In this document: one piece after another, positions 49,111 to 61,787 of the stretch
How the letters are laid out: each line of letters opens with the position of its first letter
How positions within the stretch are numbered: position 1 is the stretch's first letter
Assembly: GCA_008632985.1 (NCBI GenBank)
Contig: QPGO01000123.1
Location: 1 to 64,000 of the forward strand
DNA length: 64,000 bases
From: Psammoneis japonica
Taxonomy: Eukaryota
Direction: 5' to 3'
Translations under genes and position numbers: made by a program
Notes under the pieces: generated by a model
What the model was told of the DNA's origin: nothing
The model's database searches: none
The model's input: the letters and a program-made list of their open reading frames with translations, nothing else

Positions 49111-52100
49111 TTGCTGCAAAATGCGTCTCAAGCCCAGGATGTGGAAAAGTCTGGAAAGATCCACGGTGGCAACCCTTGGTCGTGTCTTTGGCGCTGTGGA
49201 GCAGCTTGTTTTCTTGTCAAGCTGGAGGAAGTGCGATGAGGTGCTGATTGTTCTTTAAGCCAATGCAATTGTTCAGTGCAATTTAAACACAAAACTCACA
49301 ACAGTGATCTCAAACAGGTGCTTTGGAGCTTGTCAAAGTGGAAAGTGGTGCAAGTCATCCGTCTGCTTTCCCCACAAGGAGCATGAATGTTTCTGCTGCA
49401 CTCAAGACACCTGTGAGTGCTGCTTGCCATGCCGCCAGATGTGCAGCTGGCATTGGCACATTTGCTGGGTTTGCATGTGGCAAAGCTCATGGTTGAGATG
49501 CCGCATTGAGACGGTGGAACTTTCAGCATTTTTTTGTCCACGCAGTTGCACCCGACCTCGCCAAGGACAGATGATTTAGATCACACAAAAGGGGCACACA
49601 GGGCAGATTTTTTGGCTCCAAAAATTCTGCTGTGCCTTCCACCTGAGTGGAACAAACAGTGGATGTACAGCAGAATTTTTTAGAAAGTGCTGACCCCACA
49701 TGAGAATTCCACTTTTCCAGTGGAAAAATGCTGCTTGGGTGGAATTTTGGCTGTGACGGGCCAGTGCCTGGTGCACACCACTGCTGCTGCTGCTGCCAGC
49801 TGCTGCAGCTCTGAGCTCTGCAGCAGCTCTCTGCCAGAGCTGCTGGCCACAGGCTCAGATGTTCAACTGTGCAGGCAAGACACTGCATGCTCCAACTGCT
49901 TGGATTTCACGGACATCACATGTTTGTTGTGCATGAACACAATTTGCATGCTCCTCAGTTGCATGTGCTGTGTAAAACAACACTGCAGGAGTCACGCAGA
50001 AATTCACGGACAAGCATCCGTTGGAATTTTCTCCCTCCAACACGAGAGCAAAGAGAGCAAAAAAAAAGAAAAAAAGTTTCACGACGTTGTTGCTGTTGTG
50101 TTTGTTGTTGCAACAAACGCCCTGCCCCTCTTCAACACTGCACTGTTGCACACTTGGGCATTGTGGACAGCCCCAACATGGACATGTGTGATGAAGCTGA
50201 CAACATGTGCAGCAACATTCTGGATTCAGGCAAAGACAGAAGATCAAGACTTGGAGGAGTTGGAAGGTTGCCAAGAAATGTTGAGCGCAATGGTGCAACG
50301 CGATCTCCAGTGCAACCGCCACTGCTTGGTTGGGAAGAGAATGTTGCAACTCATGCTGTGATTCACACTGAACTTGATGAGTTTTTCAAGTGTGTGTGCA
50401 GCAAAACTTGCAGAATGAGGACACAAAGCACAAACTTCAACCAGACTCTCCCACGAAAGGATGAGACATGGCTTTTGATGAGCTTCTGGTCTCTGATGCT
50501 CACGCGGCACACTTTGACCATCGCTTTTAGAAGCACAAAACACCAGACACTGTTCTGGCTGTGACTGTAAACAGCTGCTCCCATTTTAACTAGAAATGTC
50601 TGCAACTCTCCAGCTGCAAAGTTGTTTTGGAAGACCTTGATGCCCCACAATGCCAAGCTGAGTGCTGCCACCATTCACTGTGATCTTGTCACAATCCTTG
50701 TGACTCTTGCACACATTTGTTCAGGGGCATGATTCCATCCCATCATGGCTTCCTCATCACCAACAAGGAAGCACTCACAACTCACTTGCGTCAACAGAGA
50801 CGAGAAAAAAAGGATGTTGGTTGATGGTTCAGTGCAAAAAGGCTGCAGAATTCCATGCAGAAGCAGAAGAAAAAAAATCGGCCATGACAACATGCCATCG
50901 GCAATTTCATCACAATGCAAATGGGGCTGTCAAGTGCCAACACCAGAAACGTGTGACACAACACCAAGTTGATGAGATTCCCATGGTCAGTGCTTGACCG
51001 CCCCACTTGCATTGCTGTGCATTTCAACCGTCATTGTCGTTGTGCTTCACCATGGCAAAACACCCAAAATCGGTGCCCAAAACAGAATGAACCCGGCAAA
51101 GACTGGGAAAAACCCAGAAGTGCATCGGTGAAAATCAAGTCATTTGCTGAATCCAAAAGTTTCTGAACAAATGTAAATGTTGATTTTCTGCTGTCCTGCC
51201 CAGTGTCTGGTCTGCCAAGCACCTCAACTGAGGTAAAAACCTCAATTGAGGTGGTTTTTTGACCCCCCTCACTAAATTGCTAAAACCTTTGCAGCCCTCA
51301 AGTGACATTAGAATGTTGTTCTCCATGCTTCAAAACATCTTGCAACAATTGTGCTCTTTGTTTGCCACCGACCACACATTTTCTTCTTCACCTTGTTGGC
51401 ATGCAAACACTCGCATCCCAAAAATGCGTGAATTTTGGGACTTTGATGATGATGCAACTGCCGTTTTACAAACTCTGGGACTCTCTCAACAATCCACCCT
51501 CAAAAAATCATGAAACACAACAAGGACGACCTTGTCATGGTGGCCCGAGTCTTGAAGTTGAAGCGACAGTTGAGAAAAGGAGGGTTCAAGCGAAAAACAC
51601 AAAAAACGGCACCTGAAAAATTCGGGTCTGCAACGATGGCGAATGCAGGGTGGATGAGCTGCAGGATGTCTTCTCTGTTCTCTGCACAAGAGAAGCTTGC
51701 TGCATTGTGTGTGGAGCTTTCAAGGAGCTTTTTTTGCAATCGCAGCACCAGAACTGCTGTCGCGATGAAAGACCGAGATCACCAATCTTTGTGTCGATTT
51801 GTGTCACCACAAAACACAAAACAATCAACAATGACAATCACATGAAATGTCAACAGGCATTAAATGCGAGATGATGCGGTGGTTGAAAGCTTGTCAAAGG
51901 GTTGTGATGAAAGTGATGGGCCATTTTCGCGTCCCACGTTTGTGGCCAATTCATGGATCTCAAGATTCAAATTTGGCACAAGCGAGCACATTGTGCATGT
52001 AAAGCAAGGTGTTACGAGCATTGCAATGGCTTTGTTGGAATTGAAATCGTCGTCTCTCGTGTCATTTGCCAAAATGGCATGTTATTTTCTGTCTGCGGTG

Positions 52101-52862
52101 CGTTTTGAGGCTACGGCTGGGACAAGCGCACTGATTCTACGAGATAGAGCATGTCCCCAACCCGCGCTTAGTCATAAAATGTCCCCGAAAAAAGCGTGCC
52201 GGCGATTGATTATTCGTGGCCCCCGACTGCGACAAACTCGTTTCATATGTACCGGTAGACCTATTCAGAAGCCTTGCCACTGCAAATCGACGCGACTTTC
52301 CTTTATGTATTTCATACTCCCCTATGCCCGCGATGTTTAACGAAGTTCTGTCAACGGCAAAACATTTATTTAGGGATGAACCAACTCTACTCTCTAGTAG
52401 AAGTAGCTACTCTAGCTAGTGCTGTAGCTAGCTACTCTCTCTCTAGTAGAGGTCTACTCTAGCTCTCTAGCTAGAGTGCGTGGTTGTAACGTGGAATGAT
52501 GCTGGGCAACTCTTGGGATCATGGACAGTGGCTTTGGTTCTCCTTCAGTGCGAATCGACGCTGGTAGGCGGAATAGAAGTCGGCATTTGTGTCAGTTTTG
52601 ATTGGGGATTTGCGTGTGACTCTTTGTAATGATTCGGTGTTGTGTTGGCAGAGGATTTGACATGACGTGTTTTCGTATGGAGGAGAAGGCGCTGTCGGAG
52701 TTTTCGGTGAAGGATTTGAATATATGGACAAAAGAATAATAAGATTATCAAAAAATTGCTTTGATCACTCTCCTCCAATAGAAGCCGAAGTGCCGAGGGT
52801 ACTTCAATGACTGCTTTCAGGCGGCGCCATTGTTCTCTCCTCTTGGTTGCAATTTCTCAATC

Positions 52863-54383
52863 TTACAGCTGACTAGCAGGCACGATTCGGGCTGCCTTTC
52901 CAAGCACACGTTGAAGAACGGATGTTTGAGGCTCCCGTCGATAGACAGTCTCAGTACCATTTTCCATTGCTCTCCATCGCAGTCTACCCTTGTCGTTCAA
53001 GAAAAGTTCAAAGGTGTGAGCCGGTAACGCTTCCAGCAACTCTTGGGAAAGCTTGTCTGTAAGGTAGGAGTCACGAATAATCACTCCGCATTCCGTGTTG
53101 AGTTCCTCCGAACGTGGATCAAAATTAAACGATCCAATAAAGAGTTCCGTGCTGTCCACGAAGAATTCCTTGGTGTGAAGCGTCGTTACTGCGTTCTTCT
53201 TGGCATTGACATGCTCTGATCCTGGAACTTGTGAATCTGCCCGGACTTCATAAATCTTGACACCAGCCTTGAGCAGTGGCTTTCGCACGGGTGCGTAGCC
53301 CCCATGAACCATAAACATGTTGTTGGCCGCAAGTGAATTTGTAATTATAATAATTTCAACTCCACTCTCTTGGGACTCACAATACTCTTGTATTTCTTTT
53401 TCAGTCGGCACAAAGTACGCGGAAACGACAATGAGCCTCTTCCGTGCCTTTTCCAATGACACAATCAAGGGCTCTGTAATTTTAACAGACAGCCGCTGGG
53501 CACGGCTCGGAACGCCCTTGTTTGGAGAATCCACCACAAGTTGGTATGGCGCCCAGCGAAAGTCTTGAGAAAGGATATCGTCCTTTTTTTTGGAACGAAG
53601 CACTTCGGCATACTTTGAGTCCTTAAACTTTTCAATACCATGTTCAAGTTTGCTTCGAATTGTCTCGTACGTGGCATTGGGATCTTTGAGCGTTTTGCAA
53701 AAGGCAAGTGCCGGCAAGGCTGTCTCATGATTCCAATATCGATCAAACGAGGCAGACACATCCTGAACCACGGGCCCGACCGCCACGACATCATCATCGT
53801 GAAACTTGGCCGTCTCATTAACACCAAAGTATTCGTCTGCTATGTTTCGTCCTCCCAACACAGTCATTTGATTGTCCACGGTAAAGGTTTTGTTGTGCAT
53901 TCTTCGATTAATGCGATCAAAGTCACGTGCGGTCCCCGCAATGGATCGCTCGGTAAGAATGCTGCGTTGAAATGGNNNNNNNNNNNNNNNNNNNNNNNNN
54001 NNNNNNNNNNNNNNNNNNNNNNNNNNNNNNNNNNNNNNNNNNNNNNNNNNNNNNNNNNNNNNNNNNNNNNNNNNNNNNNNNNNNNNNNNNNNNNNNNNNN
54101 NNNGGTACAAAAAAGCACCTCCAACTACATCATCCTTCATGAGATAATACTGTGTATCGATGCTCTTTTCTGCCTTCTGTGCCATCAATAGTCTCGTCGC
54201 AAGAGCGTCTGTTCCATCCACGAGAAATCGAAAGCCGGATTGATTCAGGGGCTTGTTGGCACTCATTTCGGACGCTAATTTTCCAAGAACGGTGTCTGCG
54301 GTATCTTGTTTTTGCAGCGCCTGAGATTCTAGCCTTGGGTAGTCATAATCTATATTCTGTTCAATGCTATTGCAGCAGTTCAT
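52863..54383 (-). CDS. Phospholipase D superfamily, cardiolipin synthase ClsC/YmdC-like; spans an N gap (53976-54103)
   Basis: Two HKD motifs, RRMHNKTFTVD..GGRNIADEYF and LHTKEFFVD..IGSFNFDPRS..LNTE.G; SIDTQYY, SAYFVP, TNSLAAN, EPQTS. Confidence 0.9.
   Translation of the reverse strand: MNCCNSIEQNIDYDYPRLESQALQKQDTADTVLGKLASEMSANKPLNQSGFRFLVDGTDALATRLLMAQKAEKSIDTQYYLMKDDVVGGAFLYXXXXXXXXXXXXXXXXXXXXXXXXXXXXXXXXXXXXXXXXXXXPFQRSILTERSIAGTARDFDRINRRMHNKTFTVDNQMTVLGGRNIADEYFGVNETAKFHDDDVVAVGPVVQDVSASFDRYWNHETALPALAFCKTLKDPNATYETIRSKLEHGIEKFKDSKYAEVLRSKKKDDILSQDFRWAPYQLVVDSPNKGVPSRAQRLSVKITEPLIVSLEKARKRLIVVSAYFVPTEKEIQEYCESQESGVEIIIITNSLAANNMFMVHGGYAPVRKPLLKAGVKIYEVRADSQVPGSEHVNAKKNAVTTLHTKEFFVDSTELFIGSFNFDPRSEELNTECGVIIRDSYLTDKLSQELLEALPAHTFELFLNDKGRLRWRAMENGTETVYRREPQTSVLQRVLGKAARIVPASQL
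53976..54103. other. Assembly gap (N run)
   Basis: Run of n. Confidence 1.
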
Positions 54384-55948
54384 GATGAGTGCTTATTGTC
54401 TCTTTGGAACAAGCACTCCCTCGTTGGATGGACCGGGGGACCGGGCAGCAGCTACTGGCCTACCGGACTCCCACTGCTCGAGTGTGGGTGGGCCTAAGTA
54501 ATTCTAAAAACCGTTAACGGCCGTTACTATGTAATTTGGTAGTATTTTGGTACTCTATATATGAGGCATTTATGTAGAAATTACGTACGTACAAACATTA
54601 GGGGAAACGAGCGTGGAGAAGAGACGACGCGAGCGAAGCACGAGCGAAGAGACCGACAATGATGCAAGTGCCGGAGAGAGACGCAAGGAGAGCAATCCAA
54701 CGATATTGCAAGGGCGCAAAAGAGAGGAAAGATCTATTTGAGTGAGTACCATATCTTCAATAAAAAGAACAAAGCAAGAAGACATTGGCATGCACAAAAA
54801 CTTACACAAAGAAGCACGGCACCAGCGCCTGCAAAATGACCACATCTGCGGTGACACAAAACAACACAAGGAGGTGAGAACATACTTTTCTACAAATACA
54901 ATGCAACAACGAGCAAACGACCAATAGAAACTCACCAGTAGGGTCAAAACTTGGGGTGCCTGGATCGTCAACGGCGGGAGGAACGACGGATGAAAGAGAG
55001 TCTGCTGGTTCCACGGAGCAGGACGACAAAAGCAGGCGGTAGATCGGCATGAGCAATGGTAGAAAGTCGGCGCTTGGGATCGAGTGACTCGTCCAGTCCA
55101 TAAAAGTCGTGGTAGTAGCTTGGAGAACGGAGGCAGCGCCATGGTAGGACGGCATGGACCGGGACAGAAGCAGCGCGCCATGGTGGAACGGTGACGGAGC
55201 CAAAAACGGTGACGGCGACGGTGTAGACCCATGGACTTCGATATCCCCATCTTCGAGTCCTGTGCATCAAGATGCGGGACAAGGAGGTTCAAGGTGAGCG
55301 CCATTGCGAACGAGAATGGGGGAAAACGAGACTTGATTCCGTGAGAATCAGAACTCACCACATTTTGAGTCATTCTGACCCATTCTAGAGCCGCGGCTCA
55401 CTCACATAGCACGACCCAATGGAGTATAACACTATCAAGCAAGGTAGGGGTCGGGAGGCGGTGTCGTACCGGTCAAATCGGCCAAAAGCGCCATTGTCGG
55501 AGGGAGCGGTGGTTGTCGATCGGCCGCTCGGAAAAATTATGAGCCATCAACTCGACCGCGCACCGTTCGGAGTCGAACAAAATTTCTCGGTACAAAATGT
55601 ACACAAATGTACGTCAGTATAAAAATCGTGTAGAAGGGTTGTAAGTAGAACCGTTACTCTCTCTATGTAGACTACAAGGATTCTGCCGTTAAACTATACC
55701 AATATGTATAATTCTACGTGGTCGATTTGAATCAATCCCACCAACGTTTTTGAATTTCGATCGTAATAACGGCTTTAGGTGCTGAGATGAATATAATATA
55801 TAAGTTTGAATTAAATATCATATTTAGTGTTAATAATTTTGAATGATTGCGCGACTGCCAGTCGGCACCAAAAACCGTCGCCAATAAGTAAACCGCAATA
55901 CTTTGGTACTTCAGTCTTGCACATGAAAGCGCTCCCTAAGTAGTTAAC

Positions 55949-56309
55949 NNNNNNNNNNNNNNNNNNNNNNNNNNNNNNNNNNNNNNNNNNNNNNNNNNNN
56001 NNNNNNNNNNNNNNNNNNNNNNNNNNNNNNNNNNNNNNNNNNNNNNNNNNNNNNNNNNNNNNNNNNNNNNNNNNNNNNNNNNNNNNNNNNNNNNNNNNNN
56101 NNNNNNNNNNNNNNNNNNNNNNNNNNNNNNNNNNNNNNNNNNNNNNNNNNNNNNNNNNNNNNNNNNNNNNNNNNNNNNNNNNNNNNNNNNNNNNNNNNNN
56201 NNNNNNNNNNNNNNNNNNNNNNNNNNNNNNNNNNNNNNNNNNNNNNNNNNNNNNNNNNNNNNNNNNNNNNNNNNNNNNNNNNNNNNNNNNNNNNNNNNNN
56301 NNNNNNNNN
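55949..56309. other. Assembly gap (N run)
   Basis: Run of n. Confidence 1.
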
Positions 56310-58490
56310 CTCAAGCGCGGCGGGCAGTGCTCCGCAGTCTGCTGACCTCGAAAGTCCTCAAAAGAGATTCCGCATTCTGTTCTGTTGAAAGTTGTGGTGT
56401 GCTGGACCTTGCGCTGCTCATTGGGAGCAACATGACGACACGGTCATCGGAGTGCTGTTTCACCTCTCATTCTTCTGAAGAACAACAACACAACAGCCAG
56501 TCATTTCCTGGACAGTTTCAATGCCGTCCATTCAATGCCGGGTGCCCCCTGAGGGTGCCACTCTTTTCTCCAGGCACACAGCAGCCTGCTCATCAGAAGC
56601 CCCCCCCGGTGCTGTCAGCTCTGCAGCAGCCACAACCAGCAGTGCTGTGAGCAAACCACAGCTCTGGTGGCACTGCCACAAGCCATCAGCACTTGCACCA
56701 ATTTTTGTGTGAGACTGCTCTCCTCCTCACCTTGGCACACACTCGGGGACCTGCCAAGAGGCCCAGCACGACAAGATGCTGCTGGCAGATGGATTCTTCA
56801 GCTCATGACAGAGGGCTGGCTCTCCTGCTAAATTTTTTGCATGTGCTCAAACCGGCTCTTGTTGCAACCAAATAAAAATGATTTCTGCAACTGTGCCTCA
56901 ATGGCATGAAGGGCGCGACTCAGAGAGAAATTCAGCTCTGCAAATTTGCACAGATGCGTTGCTGAGGCAAACCAAGGGTGGCTCGTGCGTGAGAGCTTGT
57001 CACTTGGAGAGACCAGCAGAGGTGATTTTTGATGTGCTCTGTGTTTGTGTGCTGCAGTGTGCTCTGTTGCAACCAAGAAAGTGCTCCATTTAAAAGCATT
57101 TTTGTGTTTGTCAAAGTGAGCAATTCCACACAGCAAAAAAGGCCAATCTTCTGGCACTCACAGTCAGCCAGCTGCACCCAAGCTTCCCGCAACCTGAGCC
57201 ACAAACCTGAGTTCACCACATTGCTTGCAATTGTCAGTGTGTCTCACACTGCATCGGCATCCCATGCACAATCGTCCCATGGAAAAATGGGGTGCGCATC
57301 AACAACATTGCCTCTCTGTCCTGCAAAGACTGCCTCTGGCACCAATGTTCTGACAACTGCAGCTGACACAGTCATCTTCTTCATTGCGCCAAACTTGCTG
57401 CAGCTCTTCTTTTCTTCCAGATGATGGGGGGGGTGTTTGCCCACTTCTTTGCCAAAGAGTTCTTGCCTTGAGGAGTTTTTGCCCACCTGCAAAAAAAGCT
57501 TCCACATCAAAGCCACAACCAAATGGTGCAGCATGCATGCAGACAAAAGGTTGTTTTTGTCACGCCCTTTGTGACATTTAAAGGCTGTGACACATCGCCG
57601 TGATGCATTGACTCTCATTGGCAGCTGTGTGCTGCACTCCTCCCCATGTGTCACGCGTCCATGCGGCTCTTTACCAATGTGCACTGACACTGCACGGTTT
57701 TGGCGGAACAGTGTGGGTGCACATGAAGGAACACACAGAACTGCACAGAGTTTTACGCATTCGACAGTGATCAACGTTGCTGCAGACAACTCCCACTCAG
57801 GGTTTCGAACCCCTGGCCTCCTGCCTGATGGTTGTGATGAACCACTCCGCTGTGAATTCACAATGCAGCATGCATGCAGACAAAAGGTTGTTTTTGTCAC
57901 GCCCTTTGTGACATTTAAAGGCTGCAACACGTCGCCATGATGCATTGACTCTTGCCAGCAGCTGTGTGTTGCAATGGGGTGCACACACCCTCAAGACAGA
58001 TGCTTTGCTTGCTCTTTGCTTTCTTTGCCAGCAAAGTCAGCGCTCCCCCCGGCATGCTGGTCCATGGCGCAACACACGCAAGAACACAATGAACTCTTTT
58101 TTGTGCAAAGCAAAGCTGTTGCTTGTCTCTCTTTTGCACTGACTGCAAGATTGTAGATCACTCACAGCACATGGCACTCCTGCAGCAGGCGTCCCTGCCA
58201 CAGCCAAAGATGCTGCCACTTTCCTGCATCTGCAGGCTGTTTCCGCAGCGACGCTGGCCCCGCAGAAACAAGCACTGGAAAACGTGGCTCCTGGCATGAG
58301 TCCCATGATGGGCTGTGGGAGTTCCACATGACTGAGACTGGCATCACTGGCCATCGCACAAGTGACTCACGTTGTGTGAAGGGTCTGTGCAGGATGCGCA
58401 CAGCGCAGAGTGTGATTGGTTTCGCACAAGGAGGGCTCAAGCTCCGCATGTCCCGCTGTCATGCACACACGTGCTCTGCACAAAACAGTC
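56310..58490. repeat. Unclassified TpA-depleted repeat relic with 110-bp direct repeats (57527-57636 and 57864-57973)
   Basis: TGCAGCATGCATGCAGACAAAAGGTTGTTTTTGTCACGCCCTTTGTGACATTTAAAGGCTG occurs twice, 337 bp apart. Confidence 0.7.
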
Positions 58491-58727
58491 TTATAATTTT
58501 ACACAACACAGAGAATCTCTATCTCTACGATCTAAGCACTTGTGTCCTATTTTTGCACAGGTCACTCCACCAGATTTTGAGATTGAGATTAGCAGTTAGG
58601 AAGTTTGGGCCCTGTGGCGCTGTTCAGGGGTGGTCGCAACGCGCAAGCGCGGCCACAATGAGCCGATAGCATCCTGACTGCGGCGGTGCCTATTTTGACA
58701 GCAAACTACAGCATACTTAGTAGCAAC

Positions 58728-60469
58728 ATGACGACTACATCTCTGTTGGCCAACTTTCAACGCAACAAGAAGAGAGCTTTGCTTTTCAAAGGAAAAAAGT
58801 TGAGCCGCTCGTTTCAATGGAAACGGACAGGAACACCGAAAAAGACGAGTGCCGACTTTGTGTTTGTACGCAGAAAAGATACTACGACGCCAGAAGAGGA
58901 GAACGAGCTACTACTAGTCCAGATTGACGAACAAACAGAAGAAATGATGCAAGTGGAAGTTACAAACTTGATAAGTGAAAGTGGAGGTACCATCTCGCTA
59001 TTCGCCATGGCCCGGGCCTTACGAGAAAGTCAGTCTGTGCTGTTGATGCACAATACTGCAAAAGACGCAGACGACGAAGCGTTCGTACAAGAGTTTTCTT
59101 CGTTAAGTCTGCAGCGACGACAAGGTCCAACTCTAAAGTCCGCGCTATATTCCTTGGAAGTTCGAGTAGGATCGACCGAGAAAAACATTACTTCTTGGCG
59201 GCAAGCCAAGACTGAGTATTTGTCAGAGGTTCTATCGTTTTCGAGGTCCAAAACGAAATCCGAGAATAAAGCAGAGAGGCCTGTAGTAGTGGGTGTTCAA
59301 AAATCGAAACCGGCTTTAACCGATGTTGCCAAGTACATGAAGCGCATCATTGAAGCAACACGAAAGGAGACCCGACGAGAAGTCCAATTCAAATCATACG
59401 GCATGTTCCAGCAAGTTGCCAAAACGGTATTGCCGGAGCAGGAGCAACCACCAGACTTGGTAGAGGATGCTGAAGCAGAAAAGAAGAAACCAACGTCCCG
59501 ATTATCCCAAGTGATTGCTGCCCATACAAAGCGGCTTGAAGATGCGTATCAACAACAACAAATCCGCCGGACGCCCCCCGTCGTCCAGGAGCTGGAGCAT
59601 CAAGCAGAGGCGGAAGAAATGGCCACGTCCTTGTTAAGGCCCCTGACGAATGAGGAACGCGAAATTGTTCGGGAAGCCATGTACGGTACAGGACCCGATA
59701 CGGAAGTTGTGGCTCAAGTGGGGACAGATTCTGTCCAGCGTGTCTCGATGCATCGCCTTCAACCCGGCCAATGGCTCAACGATGAAATCATTCACTACTT
59801 TATGGTCATGTTGGCCAATCGCGACGAGGAGATGTGTCGTGCCGACCCCACAAGGAAACGAAGCCACTTTTTCAAGTCGTTCTTCATGACAAAGCTGTTG
59901 GATATCGGGAACTCCAACCCCGACTTGGACGGAAAGTACAACTACAAAAATGTCAGGAGGTGGTCGAGATTTGTGCCGGGAAAGGATATCTTTGCATTGG
60001 ACAAGGTGTTTTTTCCCGTAAATGTAGGTGGAGTTCACTGGATTTGTGTGGTGGCTAACATTTCGGAAAAGACGATTCAGTGCTATGATTCCATGCTCGC
60101 TTCAGGTAGCCTGTACTTGAAAAGTATCTTTCAGTACCTTCAAGACGAGCACAAAGCGAAAAAGGGTGATCCGATGCCCGATTTGGAAAAGTGGAAGCTT
60201 GTTGAAACAAAGCGCGACACTCCCCAACAATTGAATGGTAAGCTCTTCATCTGTAAATGCCATTTTGTGTATTTGTGAACCCACGGGATCAGACTAACTC
60301 TCCCTCTGTTTTATACTTTGACAATTTAGGCTTTGATTGTGGTGTCTTCACTTGCATGTTTGCTGACTTTTTGTCCAAGGACTGTCCGTTGGCCTTTCCT
60401 CAGGAACATGTAACGCAATGCCGGGAACGCATTGCGCTTGCTATAATGAATGGTAAAGCCATCATTTAG
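58728..60469 (+). CDS. ULP1/SENP-family SUMO protease (peptidase C48); intron 60238-60329
   Basis: WLNDEIIHYF, FFKSFF, FFPVN.GGVHW, YDS; splicing GTAAGC..TTTAG restores PQQLNGFDCGVF. The start codon is inferred. Confidence 0.93.
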
Positions 60470-60961
60470 AAGTAGTCAGAATGCTGTGTAAAAAATGTAA
60501 AAGTGTTGATGTTGCGGGGACTGACTATTCTACTAGTCTCTCTCTTTCTCTCAAAACAGAAATAGGGTTAAGCCACCCCCTCAATTTGCGTCCAGCATAC
60601 TTCTTGTATTGTAGTTATACTTCCGCTTCATTTTCCAAGGACCCCTGCGGGTTCAGGATCAGGATATATTACCTAGCCCGACTCCCGTCACGGTCGATGG
60701 ACTGACGTCCTATCACGTCCATGCACGCACGCACGCAATACCGTGGCAAGCGCTGGACGGGTGGGCGGACGGACATTCGACGAACTGATGCGGCAGCACA
60801 ACCGGCTATGACTGATCCATGCCTCAGGTCATTGGCACGCATCGAAACGCAAAAATCTTTGGGCGACAACCGACAAACGCAACACACCTCGTTGGCAATT
60901 CACAGTTCCTGTCATACTCTCTAGAGTCGTACACAACAACACAACAACAACTGTCGCAACC

Positions 60962-61787
60962 ATGAGCACTACACCCGAGAATCCTCGAATCATTGCTCTC
61001 TTTGATGTGGATGGCACGTTGACGATTCCCCGAGGCGAAGTGACGGACGACATGATGGCGTTCATGAAGGAACTGAGCAAAAAAGTGACCGTTGGGATTG
61101 TTGGAGGTTCCGACCTTCCCAAACAAGAAGAGCAGCTTGGAGAAGGCATTGCTTCGGTGTTTCCTTACAACTTTAGTCAGAACGGTCTTGTGGCTTACAA
61201 GAATGGTAAGCTACAGGAGGTTCAGACCATTGCCAAGTTTCTCGGCGAAGACAACATCAAGCGAGTCGTCAATTGGGTGCTCAAGTACATTGCCGAGCTT
61301 GATATTCCCGTCAAGGTGAGATACCGTATGTTGATAAGGACATGTTTTGCTTGATTGAATCATGTCTGACCCCACTTCTTCTTCTCAGCGCGGTACGTTT
61401 GTTGAGTTTCGTAGTGGCATGTTTAACGTTTCTCCCATTGGCAGGAACTGTTCTCGTGAGGAACGCAACGACTATGAAAAGTTTGACCTGGCCAACAATG
61501 TCCGCAAGGACATGGTGGAAGCCATGAAGAAGGAGTTTGCCGATTTGGGCCTCACCTACAGCATTGGAGGACAGATTTCCTTTGACGTCTTTCCAACCGG
61601 TTGGGATAAAACGTATTGCTTGCGTTTTCTGGACGAGAAGGACTTTGATGAGATTCACTTTTTTGGTGACAAGACCTTTGAAGGAGGGAACGATTACGAA
61701 ATCTATACCCATTCGCGTACGATTGGTCACACTGTGACTTCTCCTGAAGATACGAAGGAGCAGTGCACCAAGCTCTTTATGAGCTAA
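60962..61787 (+). CDS. PMM: Phosphomannomutase (eukaryotic HAD-IIB); intron 61316-61388
   Basis: [14 protein letters not shown], spliced [58 protein letters not shown]. Confidence 0.97.

Noticed and set aside
1..52100. Hundreds of short overlapping Cys/His-rich ORFs suggesting novel metal-binding proteins
   Set aside because: They are artefacts of TpA loss, which removes TAA/TAG stops and inflates TGY/CAY codons in all six frames.
46700..52100. Possible hAT-type transposase relic (AAHTL-like peptide near 50400)
   Set aside because: Too degenerate to support a family call by eye.
54570..55373. 267-aa minus-strand ORF
   Set aside because: No motifs and an implausible composition; not called.
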